A DNA stretch of 14,694 nucleotides from Paraspadella gotoi (GCA_051294375.1 CM119269.1:1881430-1896123), one strand, 5' to 3'. Positions 1-10,438 are shown, numbered from the stretch's first letter. Notes: generated by a model from the sequence alone, not told the origin. Program-made: numbers and translations.

Positions 1-327
1 ATTATCTTTAAAATTTAGTCCCATATAGTGAAACAAGTAAATCAGCGATTTTCATGAATAACATTCATACATTGTTCCTTTTATCATTATTAAGAAGGAT
101 ATCATTTCATACATTTATTTACTCAATTGTTCGTTCATTTAATGCTTCATTCATTTGTTCTTTATTACATCTTTTTATTCCTTTTTGATCTGATTAAACT
201 AATGAGACTAATAGTATTAGCATTAGTATTAGTATTAGTAATAGAACTCTTTGTCGTTGACAAAGTCGTTCGCTTTCGAATTTCCGATTCAATAAATTTC
301 ACTGGAAAAAAGTCTCTCACTCTCTCT
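1..327. repeat. Near-identical copy of 13675-14000, ending in the (CT)n tract at the gap
   Basis: Manual alignment: attatctttaaaatttagtcc...actggaaaaaagtctctca occurs at 1 and at 13675. There are roughly 20-25 differences in about 320 nt, mostly single-base indels. Confidence 0.95.
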
Positions 328-352
328 NNNNNNNNNNNNNNNNNNNNNNNNN
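328..352. other. Assembly gap of exactly 25 N
   Basis: Counted directly: N from 328 to 352. Confidence 0.99.
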
Positions 353-1559
353 GTTACTAGAGTCAAGTTTTTCAATTTCATTATCTAGGAAAAAAATTAT
401 CAAATTGGTTCATTTATACACCAACGCAGTTCAATTCAATACTCTCTTTTTAGTCGCCGCTGTCTGGATGGACTAAGAAGGTGTTTAGTTATAATTGTCT
501 CCCTTGTTAATGATATTATTTCAGTCATTTTTTTTTTAAATAACATGTTGTCAAGGGATTATAAAATCCTTTCGTTTTTCCTTGTTCCGTCAGAGATATT
601 TTTAGCAAAAAAAAAAAAAAAATGAATTATTCTGGGCAATAAAATGATATTCACAATGACAGTCATTGTTTTCCGGGCTGAGTCTTCAAGCCTTCATCAA
701 CATTAACCAGTTTTGAAAAAATTATTGGTTTAAAATTATGCCACAAAATTCAGGGCTCATGACCTCAACTACTATTCTGTCTCAGCTCGGTGAAAACTTT
801 TACCCTCTCTGTCTATCTCTCTATTCCACTCTTCTCTCTCTCTATCTCTCCTTTATTCTTTTTGCAAAAAATTACCAATAATTTTGACAATAAAAATTGT
901 TTTCTTCCTAATGCCCAAAACAACGAAAATCGAAGTCTTATACACAAATTATGTCTATTTCAAATCAATAATTTTTTAAAACTCTTCTTAATTGATTTTT
1001 AAAAAAAAAATTAAGGTAAAAAACTTTTATGCACGAATCTTGCTGTGATTCACTGGAGTCACTTTATATCGAGCTTAATACTTACATTTTTTAATGTTTA
1101 CCATAAGCACTCCTCTCTTTAGTTTTTCAATATAGGAGGACAATGCTAAAGAAAGGCAGTCAGTAAATAGACATTTCTGTTCATCTGCCAATAATTTTGG
1201 CAACAAAAAAGCAGTCTTTGGAAATTGCCTTAGTCACCAGTCTAAAATCATTTGAATAAAGGCTTTTGTAGCACATTCTCTAAGGAACTTAAAGGTTATG
1301 GGACTTTAGTAGTGGGCAAAAAAGCCTAATATATCTGTAACACTGCCTTAAAAACTTAATACAAAATTGTTCATTGCACTATTTTTTAACAAAAATACGA
1401 TTTGCCAACCAATCTGGTTGATTTTACCATCTTTGTGAGAAAATAGATTTGAAGTGTTTAATATAATTAATAAAAGAAAATTTATACACAAAAAAATTCA
1501 AGTAGTTATTAATCATTTAAAACAAGTTTGAGAACAACGTCGGATCTGCCCACGATCAT

Positions 1560-1800
1560 TATCTAGTAATAATAATAATAATAAATATTAATTAATCATT
1601 ATAATAATAATAATAATAATAAATGAATTAATTATTCCAAGTTAATTAAAATTAATTAGTCAATTAATAATTAACTTGATCCAAAATTGTTTTGATGATT
1701 AATTGACTGCAGTTAATTAATATATTTATTAATTTAATTGATTAATTAATTAGACTAATTATTAATTAACTGATAACTTATTGATTAATTTATACATCTA
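1560..1800. repeat. (AAT)n microsatellite followed by a degenerate TTAATTAA low-complexity tract
   Basis: taataataataat runs at about 1566-1620, then repeated attaatta/ttaattaa words. Confidence 0.85.
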
Positions 1801-1840
1801 TACATCTATAAAAAAGAAAAATGAAGTCATAATCAATTAG

Positions 1841-2330
1841 TGAAACAGTGTTTTTGTTTTTCCATTTAAACTCATTTCCATCTCAAAGGATTCCATCGAA
1901 ATTTGATTTTCCAGCTTAATCACACACTCTCCTACCCACATTACAAAATTTTCCAGGACAATTGCTTTCATCCACTCATGAGTAATTGGTTGTTCAAATA
2001 ATGAAATGTTTTTTTGTTTTTTTTCCATTTAAACTCATTTCCACTTAGACTGATTTCATCGAAACTTCTATCCAGCCTCAATCACACCACTTCCCTACCA
2101 CAAAAAAATTTCATTTTAATCATCCAATCCCAAATCACGAGTTTTTTTTTAAGGTTGCGACGGACGACGGACGGTAACGGCACGGACATCGTTTTTTGCA
2201 TAATTTATCATAATTCAAAGTTCTGATATGAAATAAGTTAAAGCCCGACAAGATTGCAGGGGGCAGACCGACGGGCCGACAAAGTGAATATAGAGCAAGT
2301 TCTGAGTAAGTCTTATCTCGAACTCAATAA
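1841..2330 (+). mobile_element. Non-autonomous Helentron/HINE (DINE-1-like) element remnant
   Basis: Internal tandem duplication with period about 160 nt (ttttccatttaaactcatttcca...aatcacac..ct.cctacc at about 1858 and 2021). GACG/GACC microsatellite remnants at 2159-2174 and 2265-2280. Ends with '...gacaaagtgaatatagag' and an imperfect hairpin agttctgagtaag-t-cttatctcgaact (2298-2324). This layout matches DINE-1/HINE ends as I recall them. Confidence 0.55.
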
Positions 2331-2332
2331 AG

Positions 2333-2652
2333 TACGGGCAGTGGTTTCTTTCTTATCATCGGATTTTGGCTCCACGGCGGTATCCTAAAAGTTCGTTGGC
2401 GAGGAAAATCATAACAAAAAGAGAGAGATGAGAGAGGGAGATGAGAAGTCTGAATGACTTGTTTTTTTGTTTTTTTTTTGATCAGTTTGCATTTACACAG
2501 AGGCGCTCCTCCAAAGTTTCCTCCATGAATGAAAAATCGAGAGAGCGGTTGAAAGACGGAAGTCGATGTGACAAAAAAGAGTCGATGGTTGGAGGCGGGC
2601 GGGCCAGGGGGTTAATATATTGTACGAAGGAAATAAAATTTATATGGTTGAG
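2333..2652 (+). CDS. Possible upstream exon pair (about 2333-2390 and 2501-about 2652) of the plus-strand gene; frame uncertain
   Basis: GC-richer patches separated by a 110-nt GT-AG interval (aaaa|gttcgt at 2391; poly-T...ttacacag| at 2500). A second ag|gttcgt donor lies at 2653. No recognisable motif. Confidence 0.3.
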
Positions 2653-3825
2653 GTTCGTGAATTTTTTTATTATTTATTTATTGATAGGAAATGTCAATTT
2701 TTTTTTTAAAAAAATTATATTTTAAAAGCAGATCAGATAGCTTATAAAAGTTGTCGACACAAAGTATAATTCTTTTTTTTATATTTGATCATATTGTGGG
2801 ACAAAATTGATAAAACCTTAAAAAATCAATCATCATCTTAACCAATGATTTTAGTTATTTTTCTAATTATCGGCTATAAAACATAAAATTTTAAAAAGTT
2901 GTAATTAAAATTTTTTGTTAACTTTTTTCAGCCTCTATTGGAATCATTTTAAAAAAAATATAAAATAAAATTGTTAACATTAGTATAGCAATATAATATT
3001 AAAATTAGCGGAATTACTACTATGGTTCGGACATTTATTGCATAAAATATTTAACACAATAAATTAATACCAATAATGGATTTTCTTTTTCTTTACATTG
3101 AATTTGTTTGGCTAGCCCTAATACTAGAACTTAGAAGAAAAATCGCCCCCAAGCATTTAGCAAATGGCTTATTTTGAATATTTGAATAAAAAAAATACAT
3201 TAAGGGGATATACATTTATTATGATTTTAAATCATATATGAAAATTGTACTACAAATATAAAATTATCCATTCATAAATAAACAAGTCGCTGTGCCAATG
3301 AAATGTAAACCGATTTCAAGGGCTTAAATCTGAAACTGTTATTGCGGAACTAATAACATATTTTGGTACATTAAAAAATTATTTCTATTTTATAAAAAAC
3401 ATTTATGAGGTAATTGAATCAAATATCGCGATAAAATATGGATTTAACAAGACAGAATAAAATAAAAAAGAATAAGAAAAACATGCAGTTAAAAAATATA
3501 AAAGATTTAAGATAATACAAATTTTAAAAAAACAATTTCATTTTGTTGAAGAGAGGTGCAAGTGAAGATCAGTGGGTGTAGATTAAAGTTTATTTTGAAT
3601 GTTCCTTTGTCTTACCAAAAGGTGGAAACAAAAGAAAATTTAATTAAACTATTCTTTATATTTAGAAAAAAAGATTAAAACCTCTGTAGATATACTAAAT
3701 TTTATTGTTATTTTGTTTTTAAAAATGCTCTTTTGTTTATACAGCCACCTGTATTATTAAGACTTAAAACCATTTGCTATTTTGTATAAAGCAATGCAAG
3801 TGAATATCTAGTGGGTGCAGACAGA

Positions 3826-3915
3826 AGAGGCAAATTTTTGTATAGAAAGTAAGGGGGGACAAAATCCTCCTAGTAGCAGAAAGTAGGATGCAAATCCTCG
3901 TAGTAGGAAGGCAAA
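3826..3915. repeat. Degenerate minisatellite, unit about 30 nt, about 3 copies
   Basis: gcaaatttttgtatagaaagtaagg / caaaatcctcctagtagcagaaagtagg / gcaaatcctcgtagtaggaagg. Confidence 0.55.
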
Positions 3916-4050
3916 GCTGAAATAGATGGGAAAAAAAGAAAAAAATGTGCAATTAAGTTGTTAACGCGTTTACAGTGTCAAAAATTAGCGTAAATGATCA
4001 ATGTGTTTTTTAGGTTTAACTCCATGTCATAAGAAAATGTTAATTTTCTT

Positions 4051-5098
4051 CTAATTCAATGAATCAAGCCGGGATTTCTCAGTTTTCTCTTCTTCTTTCA
4101 CCAATCACTCGTTTTGCATTTCTTACGCTATTCTGCGTAAAACCCACTTGAACATCAACGCTGCCAATCAATGACCTCAATCATCCAATCACCGAAATTC
4201 CCATGAAAGCCCATGTGTCCGCCGATAGTGCCAATCAACTGAGAAAATGAGAAACAGAGGAACTTCTTCGTACATCCGATGAAGTCCTGGTGTCATATCC
4301 AACCCTCAAACTGGGGTATCAGTCCACTCTCCGCAGACTGAGGCATAGCTAAATATCTGTGGGAAACATCGATTCCTTTGGTCCTGACTCGACACGCCAT
4401 GGCGCGCTTGAAGAGCTTTTATCGATTATCAACAAAAAAAGTGAAAATCATTCTCATTGAGCAACTTTGTTGGAAATCATCCGCCATGTTTTTTGTAGGT
4501 GCAATTTTTGATCAGAATCTGAGTGGCGTAGTGACTGTAAGAAAAGTCTACCCCCTCAAAACTCAGGCTAACACTGCTTTCCGACAATCCAGCTATCAAT
4601 GCATTGTAATTTATTTTCTTTCCAGGTGGAAAAATATGTACTCTACTTCTGGCAGGCACTGGGAAATAAACAAGCAGAGGTGAAATTTTTTTAGGTGAAG
4701 CTCATGAAATTAGATAAGTTAGTCTTTGTCCGAAAAGACAAGGAAATCAAACCAAGTTTTTGGTAACATGGAGGGAGTACTGGTCAAATCTCAGAGGCGG
4801 ACAGCGTGCAACGATTGCCACATCCTCTCCAGCATTTTCATGAAGTTGTTGTAGTCTGAAAAATTGTGAAAGTTCGACCTTGTGGCCGACGACAGAATTG
4901 ACGAACCTCGAGTTCCTTCAAAGGATCTCGAACAGTTGGAATGAAACTTGTTATAAAATTCTTGATATAGAGCGGAGTCTTGTCGATGATGACGGACGGG
5001 CATCGGAAGGTTGGGTGAATAGTCAGTGAATTCTTTGCGACTCGGTTTCTTGAGTGTAGGTATGCGGGAAAGGGGAGAGATTGGGTATTGTTTTCCAT
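4051..5098 (-). CDS. DEG/ENaC (amiloride-sensitive sodium channel family) subunit: distal ectodomain, TM2 and C-tail; frameshifted
   Basis: Stitching minus-strand frames gives 'NSLTIHPTFRCPSVIIDKTPLYIKNFITSF' (resembles the ASIC/ENaC 'xxxIHxxxxxP...TF' segment), Cys-rich pieces (KCWRGCGNRC, QCLPE, LQCIDS..KQC), then 'LRVGYDT..MYEEVPL/FSFSQLIGTIGGHMG/(L)FMGISVIG/MIEVI/LAALMFKWVLRRIA' at about 4310-4125. This aligns with ASIC 'YE..[23 protein letters not shown]'. Candidate stop TAG at 4053-4051. Confidence 0.85.
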
Positions 5099-5697
5099 AA
5101 AGCGCCTTATTTCTGATTCTATTCTAAACTTTAATTAACCTTGAGCTAATCTAATACTATATACCTTGAACTTAATCTTACAGGGGGGATCCTTTATCGA
5201 GAACAAAAACTTAAACGTCCTGATCTCTCTGAACGATTTGATACACAATATAAAACGAGTGGCAAAAGCATTTTTTAGGCTTTTTAGTTTTATATACAAT
5301 TTAAAAAAAATATATTTTTAAGCAAGACAAAGCGTCGGTGATGTTTTCAAAACATTTAGTCGTTTTTATGTGCGCGCATTGTATTGCATACGATAAAAAG
5401 CCATACTGTTAATACTTTTTTGACATGACAGTGTTATGTATATCTTCAATTCCATCTTGATTTTAGCTATTCATCACTATCCAAATTAAACCCATTAATT
5501 TTTTTAGGTAAGTTAAAACAAAATTTTAGCGAAGATTATAACAAATATGCTTAAATTGTCAAATAATTTCTGTATTCTTACCTTTTTTGATGCTTTTATT
5601 ATGCATTAAGAAATCTTACATGATAAATTTAATTATCTAACCAAATCGTTAATAAATTTGTTGTGATAAAAGTTAAGTTTTAATAAAAGTAAACTAT

Positions 5698-5913
5698 TGA
5701 AGAGGCTGGGTTTTACAGGGCGCCACATCTGCAAGCAGTGTCACCTCGTGGCGAGAAGTGAGGTCAGCATGTTTATGTAGTCTAGAGCTTTTGGATATGG
5801 TAGCAGGCCTCAGGCGGGTTACCCAGGTCCATCCTACTTTCTACATAACAACCTCAGGGCTGAAACAGGGACACACATTGGGATGGTGCATTAATCCACT
5901 GAGCCACTGAGGC
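5698..5913 (-). mobile_element. tRNA-derived SINE-like element inside the DEG/ENaC locus
   Basis: The minus strand starts GCCTCAG-TGGCTCAGTGG, placing a Pol III A box exactly at position 8 (5906-5896). GCCTCAG/CTGAGGC form a 7-bp acceptor stem (5913-5907 with 5813-5807) and CCATCC/GGATGG an anticodon-like stem (5886-5881 with 5834-5829). The B box is degenerate (CTGGGTAACCCGC). An unrelated tail of about 110 nt follows, ending gtggcgccctgtaaaacccagcc. Confidence 0.7.
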
Positions 5914-6414
5914 GCTGCGAAGGAAATCTTATTTGTTGATGATAGGACAGTAACTGTACCCAAATCTTAACGGATTACTTTAAAAAAATTTTAACCATTA
6001 TTATATTACAAATAAATACTTCCAAAAATATTTAACTTATATTTATTAGAATGAGATTTAACAAAAGTTATTCAAACATTTTTTCTTCCAAACCGCGCGG
6101 GAAAAAAACCGAGCAGTTGCCTTTGCTGCATTAAATAAAAAGCATAATATTAAAGAATTTCAAAAAAATTAATATGATCGTCAAAGCTAAGAGAGATACT
6201 CTACGGATATTTTATTCAGATTTTTTAAAAATCATTAGAGCTTAAGAGTAATGATTTTTTAAATTTTGTCTCGATATAGGTCTCCCCTGTAATTCTAAAT
6301 TTAAACTGAAAAGGGGAAACTTTTTAAAAATGTTGCCAACTATTGGCGAAGAGTAAAGTTCTAATGTTCACGAGATAACAATGATATCCTAGCAAGTCGC
6401 GTCACAGTACAGAC

Positions 6415-6612
6415 CTGCAGCGTATTCACGAACGGGCTTGAAGATCTGGCGTCGTCATGAGAACGAAAGAGACGACGACGATGACAAAACCAAATCAAAC
6501 GCCGCAAGTGGATGTGACCGGAAGTCGACATCGGGTTGGACGGATGACCGCCACGTGGGCCGATTCGTGGATCGACGTGACTCCAGAAAAGACGCTCCAT
6601 CGTTTTTGTCAT
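6415..6612 (-). CDS. DEG/ENaC subunit N-terminal exon: pre-TM1 HG region and TM1; frameshifted
   Basis: Frames stitch to 'MTKTMERL/FSGVTSIH(G..)HVAVI/SNPMSTSGHIHLRRLIW/FGFVIVVVSFVLMT/QIFKPVREYAAG'. This matches the family pattern F...TS.HG..H....RR..W-hydrophobic helix-Q.....EY. Candidate donor cag|gtctgt at 6414. Confidence 0.75.
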
Positions 6613-7024
6613 GTCTCTTTTCGTCCTTTCTTTTTTCTATTTCCATGTCTTCTTCGTTTCTAAAATAGATTTTTAATTGACAAAGTTTCCTTTTCACGGC
6701 CGCCTTTCTCATCTGCCCAGGAGTTTTTCAGACTTTGTTCAGAGATTAGAGTTTCTTCTTGCTACAAAAGAAACTTTTAAAGTAAAGTTATAACAATGAA
6801 TACATAGTTATGACATTTACTTACTTTTTAATTTTGTAGGGTATAAAGCCCAAAACTATGTTTTTAAGGCCAAAGTTTTCGTGTGTTGAATCAGGACTGT
6901 TGTCTCGCAATAAAAAATGGAAAGGTTTTGGAAGTTTGAAGTTGCTAGGTGTTCAAGTTCATAATATTCTGGAAAAAAGATCAAATTGGTCATATTGCAC
7001 CAACGCGTCATCAATACTTTCTTT

Positions 7025-7127
7025 CTTTTGGTCGCGTCTGATTGGACTAAGAGGCGACTTAACTATCTATTGTCTCTCATTTAATATTATGACTAAGAGG
7101 CGACTACATTTATTGTCTCTCATTTTA
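7025..7127. repeat. 46-nt-period direct repeat; also related to 447-505 (dispersed repeat terminus)
   Basis: gactaagaggcgact...tattgtctctcattt at 7045 and 7091. 447-505 reads ttttagtcgccgctgtctggatggactaagaaggtg...attgtctc. Confidence 0.7.
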
Positions 7128-7807
7128 ATTTTTTTAAAAAAATATAGAAAGTATCGTACATCACATGTTTATAAAGATGTTTTCATACAATGTTTTCTTA
7201 GATATGTAAGGATAAAATAAAATTAGAATACGATAATAACAAGTCCCTTTAGTAATTAAGTAATAATAGTATATTTAATAATATAGTAAAATTTTAATGC
7301 TTGTATTAACAATTTAGTGAATTGACATCCAAGTTTCTAATGGGAATCATCAACACCTTCACCCTCACTAATCTGTCGTGTTAACCAAACCAAACCAACT
7401 TTTTGAATTTAAGAAAATTTACACAAAAATTTCAAAATCGATTTTTAAACAAATTTCTAAGCATTAAGCTATCAAATATTTAAAAAACTGCGGAAAATAA
7501 CATCGCAGAAAATGATTAATGATTTAATGCTTACATCACGGATACCATTTTAAAAAATATTTTAAAAAAATATATTAAAAGATGAATGAGGAAAAATAAC
7601 ATTAAAGAGCGATCTAAAATCCGTTCTAAAAAGAACGACCAACTGCATTACTGCCTTTTCCCTCTCACCCAAAAATATCCTTTTTTTTCTTTTGCCACCG
7701 CCCCCCCCCCGCGTAAACGGCCTCAAAGACGATTGGGAATTCGGAAGGCCGAAGCACTGGAGGAGGAGACCTGTCCCGAAGTCTGTTGGCGAGAAAATCA
7801 TAACCAT

Positions 7808-7811
<4 letters not shown>

Positions 7812-7859
<48 letters not shown>

Positions 7860-7886
7860 AGAGAGAAAGAGAAGAGAGAGAGAGAG
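7812..7886 (+). repeat. (GA)n microsatellite
   Basis: Direct reading. Confidence 0.97.
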
Positions 7887-8102
7887 AGTTTACTGGACCT
7901 TACTTTTTAACGGTCGGTTTGAGTCAACGAGAGGCTTTTTTTCTCCCAACTAAAGTTTTTTAAAATTTATACATTATTATAAGAGTACGTATATATAATA
8001 TAATTATTAATATATAAATATCAATATAATTATACATTATGTAAGAGTGATATGAAAGTTATGATATCCTAAAATTCCATTTGTTGTTTCTTTTTTCCAC
8101 AG

Positions 8103-8297
8103 GACCTGCCATCACCCTGCCGCCGCCGCTCTTTCTCCTGGGTGGGCCTCGCCCGTCAGGGCCTAGCTTACCTTTCTCTCGGTTTGCGACTGCCTTACCC
8201 AAACGCGCTGCGTCGCCGGCGGCGGATTACGACGTCGCCCACCGTGCGAAGCGGAAATGCGCGTGCTGGGGAAGGTGGCGGAGGGAAAGGGAGAGAG
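8103..8297 (+). CDS. Internal exon of the plus-strand gene (unknown protein)
   Basis: Acceptor ttttttccacag| at 8102 and donor gag|gtaagc at 8298. The exon is 195 nt, GC-rich, and open in phase 0 (contains FSWVGLARQGLAYLSL). It is probably preceded by an exon ending at 7780 (aa|gtctgt). Confidence 0.65.
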
Positions 8298-8429
8298 GTA
8301 AGCCAGGGGTTGGCGGGAGAGAGGGGGATGAGGGATGAGGGAGAGAGGGAAACGGGGATCAGAGGATGTTAGGGTGACAGTGGGAGGCGGATAGGAACAG
8401 GTCGTCATCAAAATTTCCTGTTATTCCAG

Positions 8430-9436
8430 TATTTACTGAGTTGAGTGGATGTTATTGTTAACGAGGGGAGAATTAAGACAAAAGAATCAGCGAAAATTGA
8501 AAACAAAACAAAGGTGTTGGACCAAAAAAAGGCGCAAAAGGGGATAGTCGGCTGATTGTGGGTACGAAAGTGAAGAAGATGAAGAGATGAAAGATGAAAA
8601 ATGTAAGAAATGAAGAGATGAAGATGAAGGATGAAAAAAGTAAGAAATGAAGAGATGAAGATGAAGAGATGAAAAAATAAGAAATTGAAGAGATGAAGTG
8701 TAGATGAAGATGAGAGAAGAAAGATGAAGAGTTAGATGAAGAGAAATGAGAGACGACAGAAGATGACGAGGAAGGATTTATGGGGATTGTTGACTTTGAA
8801 GGAAGAAAAACCCTGAGGCGAGAAAAAAAAAGGCAGAAAAAAGCGAATGTGTTGAAGAAAAAATGTGATAGTTGACGCTTATCACCGGCGTTTTAGGACG
8901 AGAGAGAGAGAACAGACATCTAACGGAAAAAAAGTATTATACATTATAAAAAGAAGAGGAAAAAAAGAGAAAAACTAGATGGTATAAAGACAATGAACGA
9001 GGAAAAAAAATGCGGAAAAATTTAGAAAAGAAAAGAAAATTAGAAGAAAAGAACAGAAAAAAGAAAAGAAAAATAGGTAAAATTAAAAAAAAAACGGAAA
9101 GAAAAAAGAAATGGAAAGGAAAGAAAAGGCCGCAGAAAAGAAACTCATAGCAGACGAAAAGAAAAACGACCTCGTAAATAACTATAAAAAAAAGAGGCGA
9201 AAATGGAGGCGAGGCAACAAAAAAGAAAAGCAGCGGCTCGCTCCGCTAACCCTTCGGCTCACGCTCTCTGCTTATCGCGCTCAATGGCGCGGAAATTGCA
9301 CGTGAAATTCTTGATGATGGAATTCTTCTCGGTGCCAGCGCGGCGGCCGGAATGAGTGGAGGCGGGGGAGGTCAAATGTTGCCGCCCGTGGAAGCGTTCG
9401 TGTTTACTCTATGACGAGACTCGGGGAATAAAATCG
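8430..9436 (+). CDS. Probable large exon (or several) of the plus-strand gene with acidic then basic low-complexity segments; frameshifted
   Basis: Acceptor ttattccag| at 8429. Protein-like pieces: VDVIVNEGRIKTKESAKIENKTKVLDQKK, SADCGYESEEDEE, ETTEDDEEGFMGIVDFEGRKTLRREKKRQ, and LIALNGAEIAREILDDGILLGASAAAGMSGGGGGQMLPPVEAFVFTL. Donor at 9437 (gtatta) or 9489 (gtaagt). Confidence 0.45.
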
Positions 9437-9729
9437 GTATTAAGATTTTCGCTAAAAATCGTTTCTTGGTAGCTAAACTCTAAGGGTCGTAAGTGAAAGA
9501 TTTGTTGTAAAAAAAAATAAATAAAGAATTTGCTTTTAAATATTATTTTTTGTCTTTTTTCCAAAACAATTTTTCTCTGGGGAAAAAAAATTCCATTTAA
9601 ATTTTTTTTTCCTCTCTGTCTGAGTTAAAAAAAGAAATTTATATTCGTTTTTCTTTGTATATGATTTTTTTCGTCCTTTTAATTTTATCGCTTTAACGTT
9701 TCTGTCTGCTGCTCTAGTTTCTTGTTCCT

Positions 9730-9766
9730 CCTCTCTCCTCTCTCTCTCTCTTCTCTTCTCCTCTCT

Positions 9767-9813
<47 letters not shown>
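9730..9813 (+). repeat. (CT)n microsatellite
   Basis: Direct reading. Confidence 0.97.
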
Positions 9814-9817
<4 letters not shown>

Positions 9818-10177
9818 ATCCCTTTTTTTTAGAGAGAAATTCGATAAACACTTTCCTGAATTTGATTCGAAGTCGAGGAAAAACCACTCGTTTTTTTATA
9901 TGATTTTTTTTTGTTTCCATACATCACGCCTTTTCAAGTTCCTATCATAAAATAGAATTTTTTTTATCCCTTTCGTTTATTTTGATATTATCATACGATT
10001 TCATCTATGAAGCGAGCCTAAGGTGCCCAATGCACAAATTTCGCATACAATCACATTGCACAACAATACATAAAAAAAAAGAAGTCCGCTAGTCTTTCTT
10101 ATTAATATGTACATATGTAACTCTTACTTTTCTTCTTCTTGTCTAAATGTTACCTTCACTTACCCTTCACATTTCAG

Positions 10178-10262
10178 TGTCGATCGAGGCTCTCACTCTC
10201 CTGCCTCGTGGACGATCCGTTGTTTCGGCGATGGAGAACAACTCACGTTGGCCGGAAGAAAG
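10178..10262 (+). CDS. Internal exon of the plus-strand gene
   Basis: Acceptor atttcag| and donor ag|gtcagg. 85 nt, open, CRSRLSLSCLVDDPLFRRWRTTHVGRKK plus 1 nt, phase-compatible with the next exon. Confidence 0.6.
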
Positions 10263-10438
10263 GTCAGGGATCCTGATTATAAACATCTTTAGGAATGATA
10301 AAACCAATTTAATAATTATTATTCAATTCCATATTTAAGCTATATTGCTACCCTGAATTTGGACGGGCTTCTGTATTTAAGAGCTCAATTCCTTCTTACT
10401 AGACCCTGCAAGCCAATACTCTGCAAATCAAAGCTTTA

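Noticed and set aside
127-360. 77-aa hydrophobic ORF
   Set aside because: It runs into the N gap, is AT-rich, and its duplicate at about 13800-14000 is intronic with different indels.
454-480. Possible 27-nt microexon (tttag|tcgccg...aag|gtgttt)
   Set aside because: The sequence matches the dispersed repeat at 7025-7090, so it is better explained as a repeat terminus.
4378-4683. Plus-strand 101-aa ORF (and plus ORFs at 6438-6668)
   Set aside because: These are antisense shadows of the DEG/ENaC coding region.
5807-5913. Functional tRNA gene
   Set aside because: As assembled there is no TTC in the T-loop, the D stem is imperfect, and no anticodon can be assigned. Kept as SINE-like.
7045-7127. 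CRISPR-like repeat-spacer unit
   Set aside because: Only two imperfect copies, no unique spacer of proper length, eukaryotic context and no cas genes.
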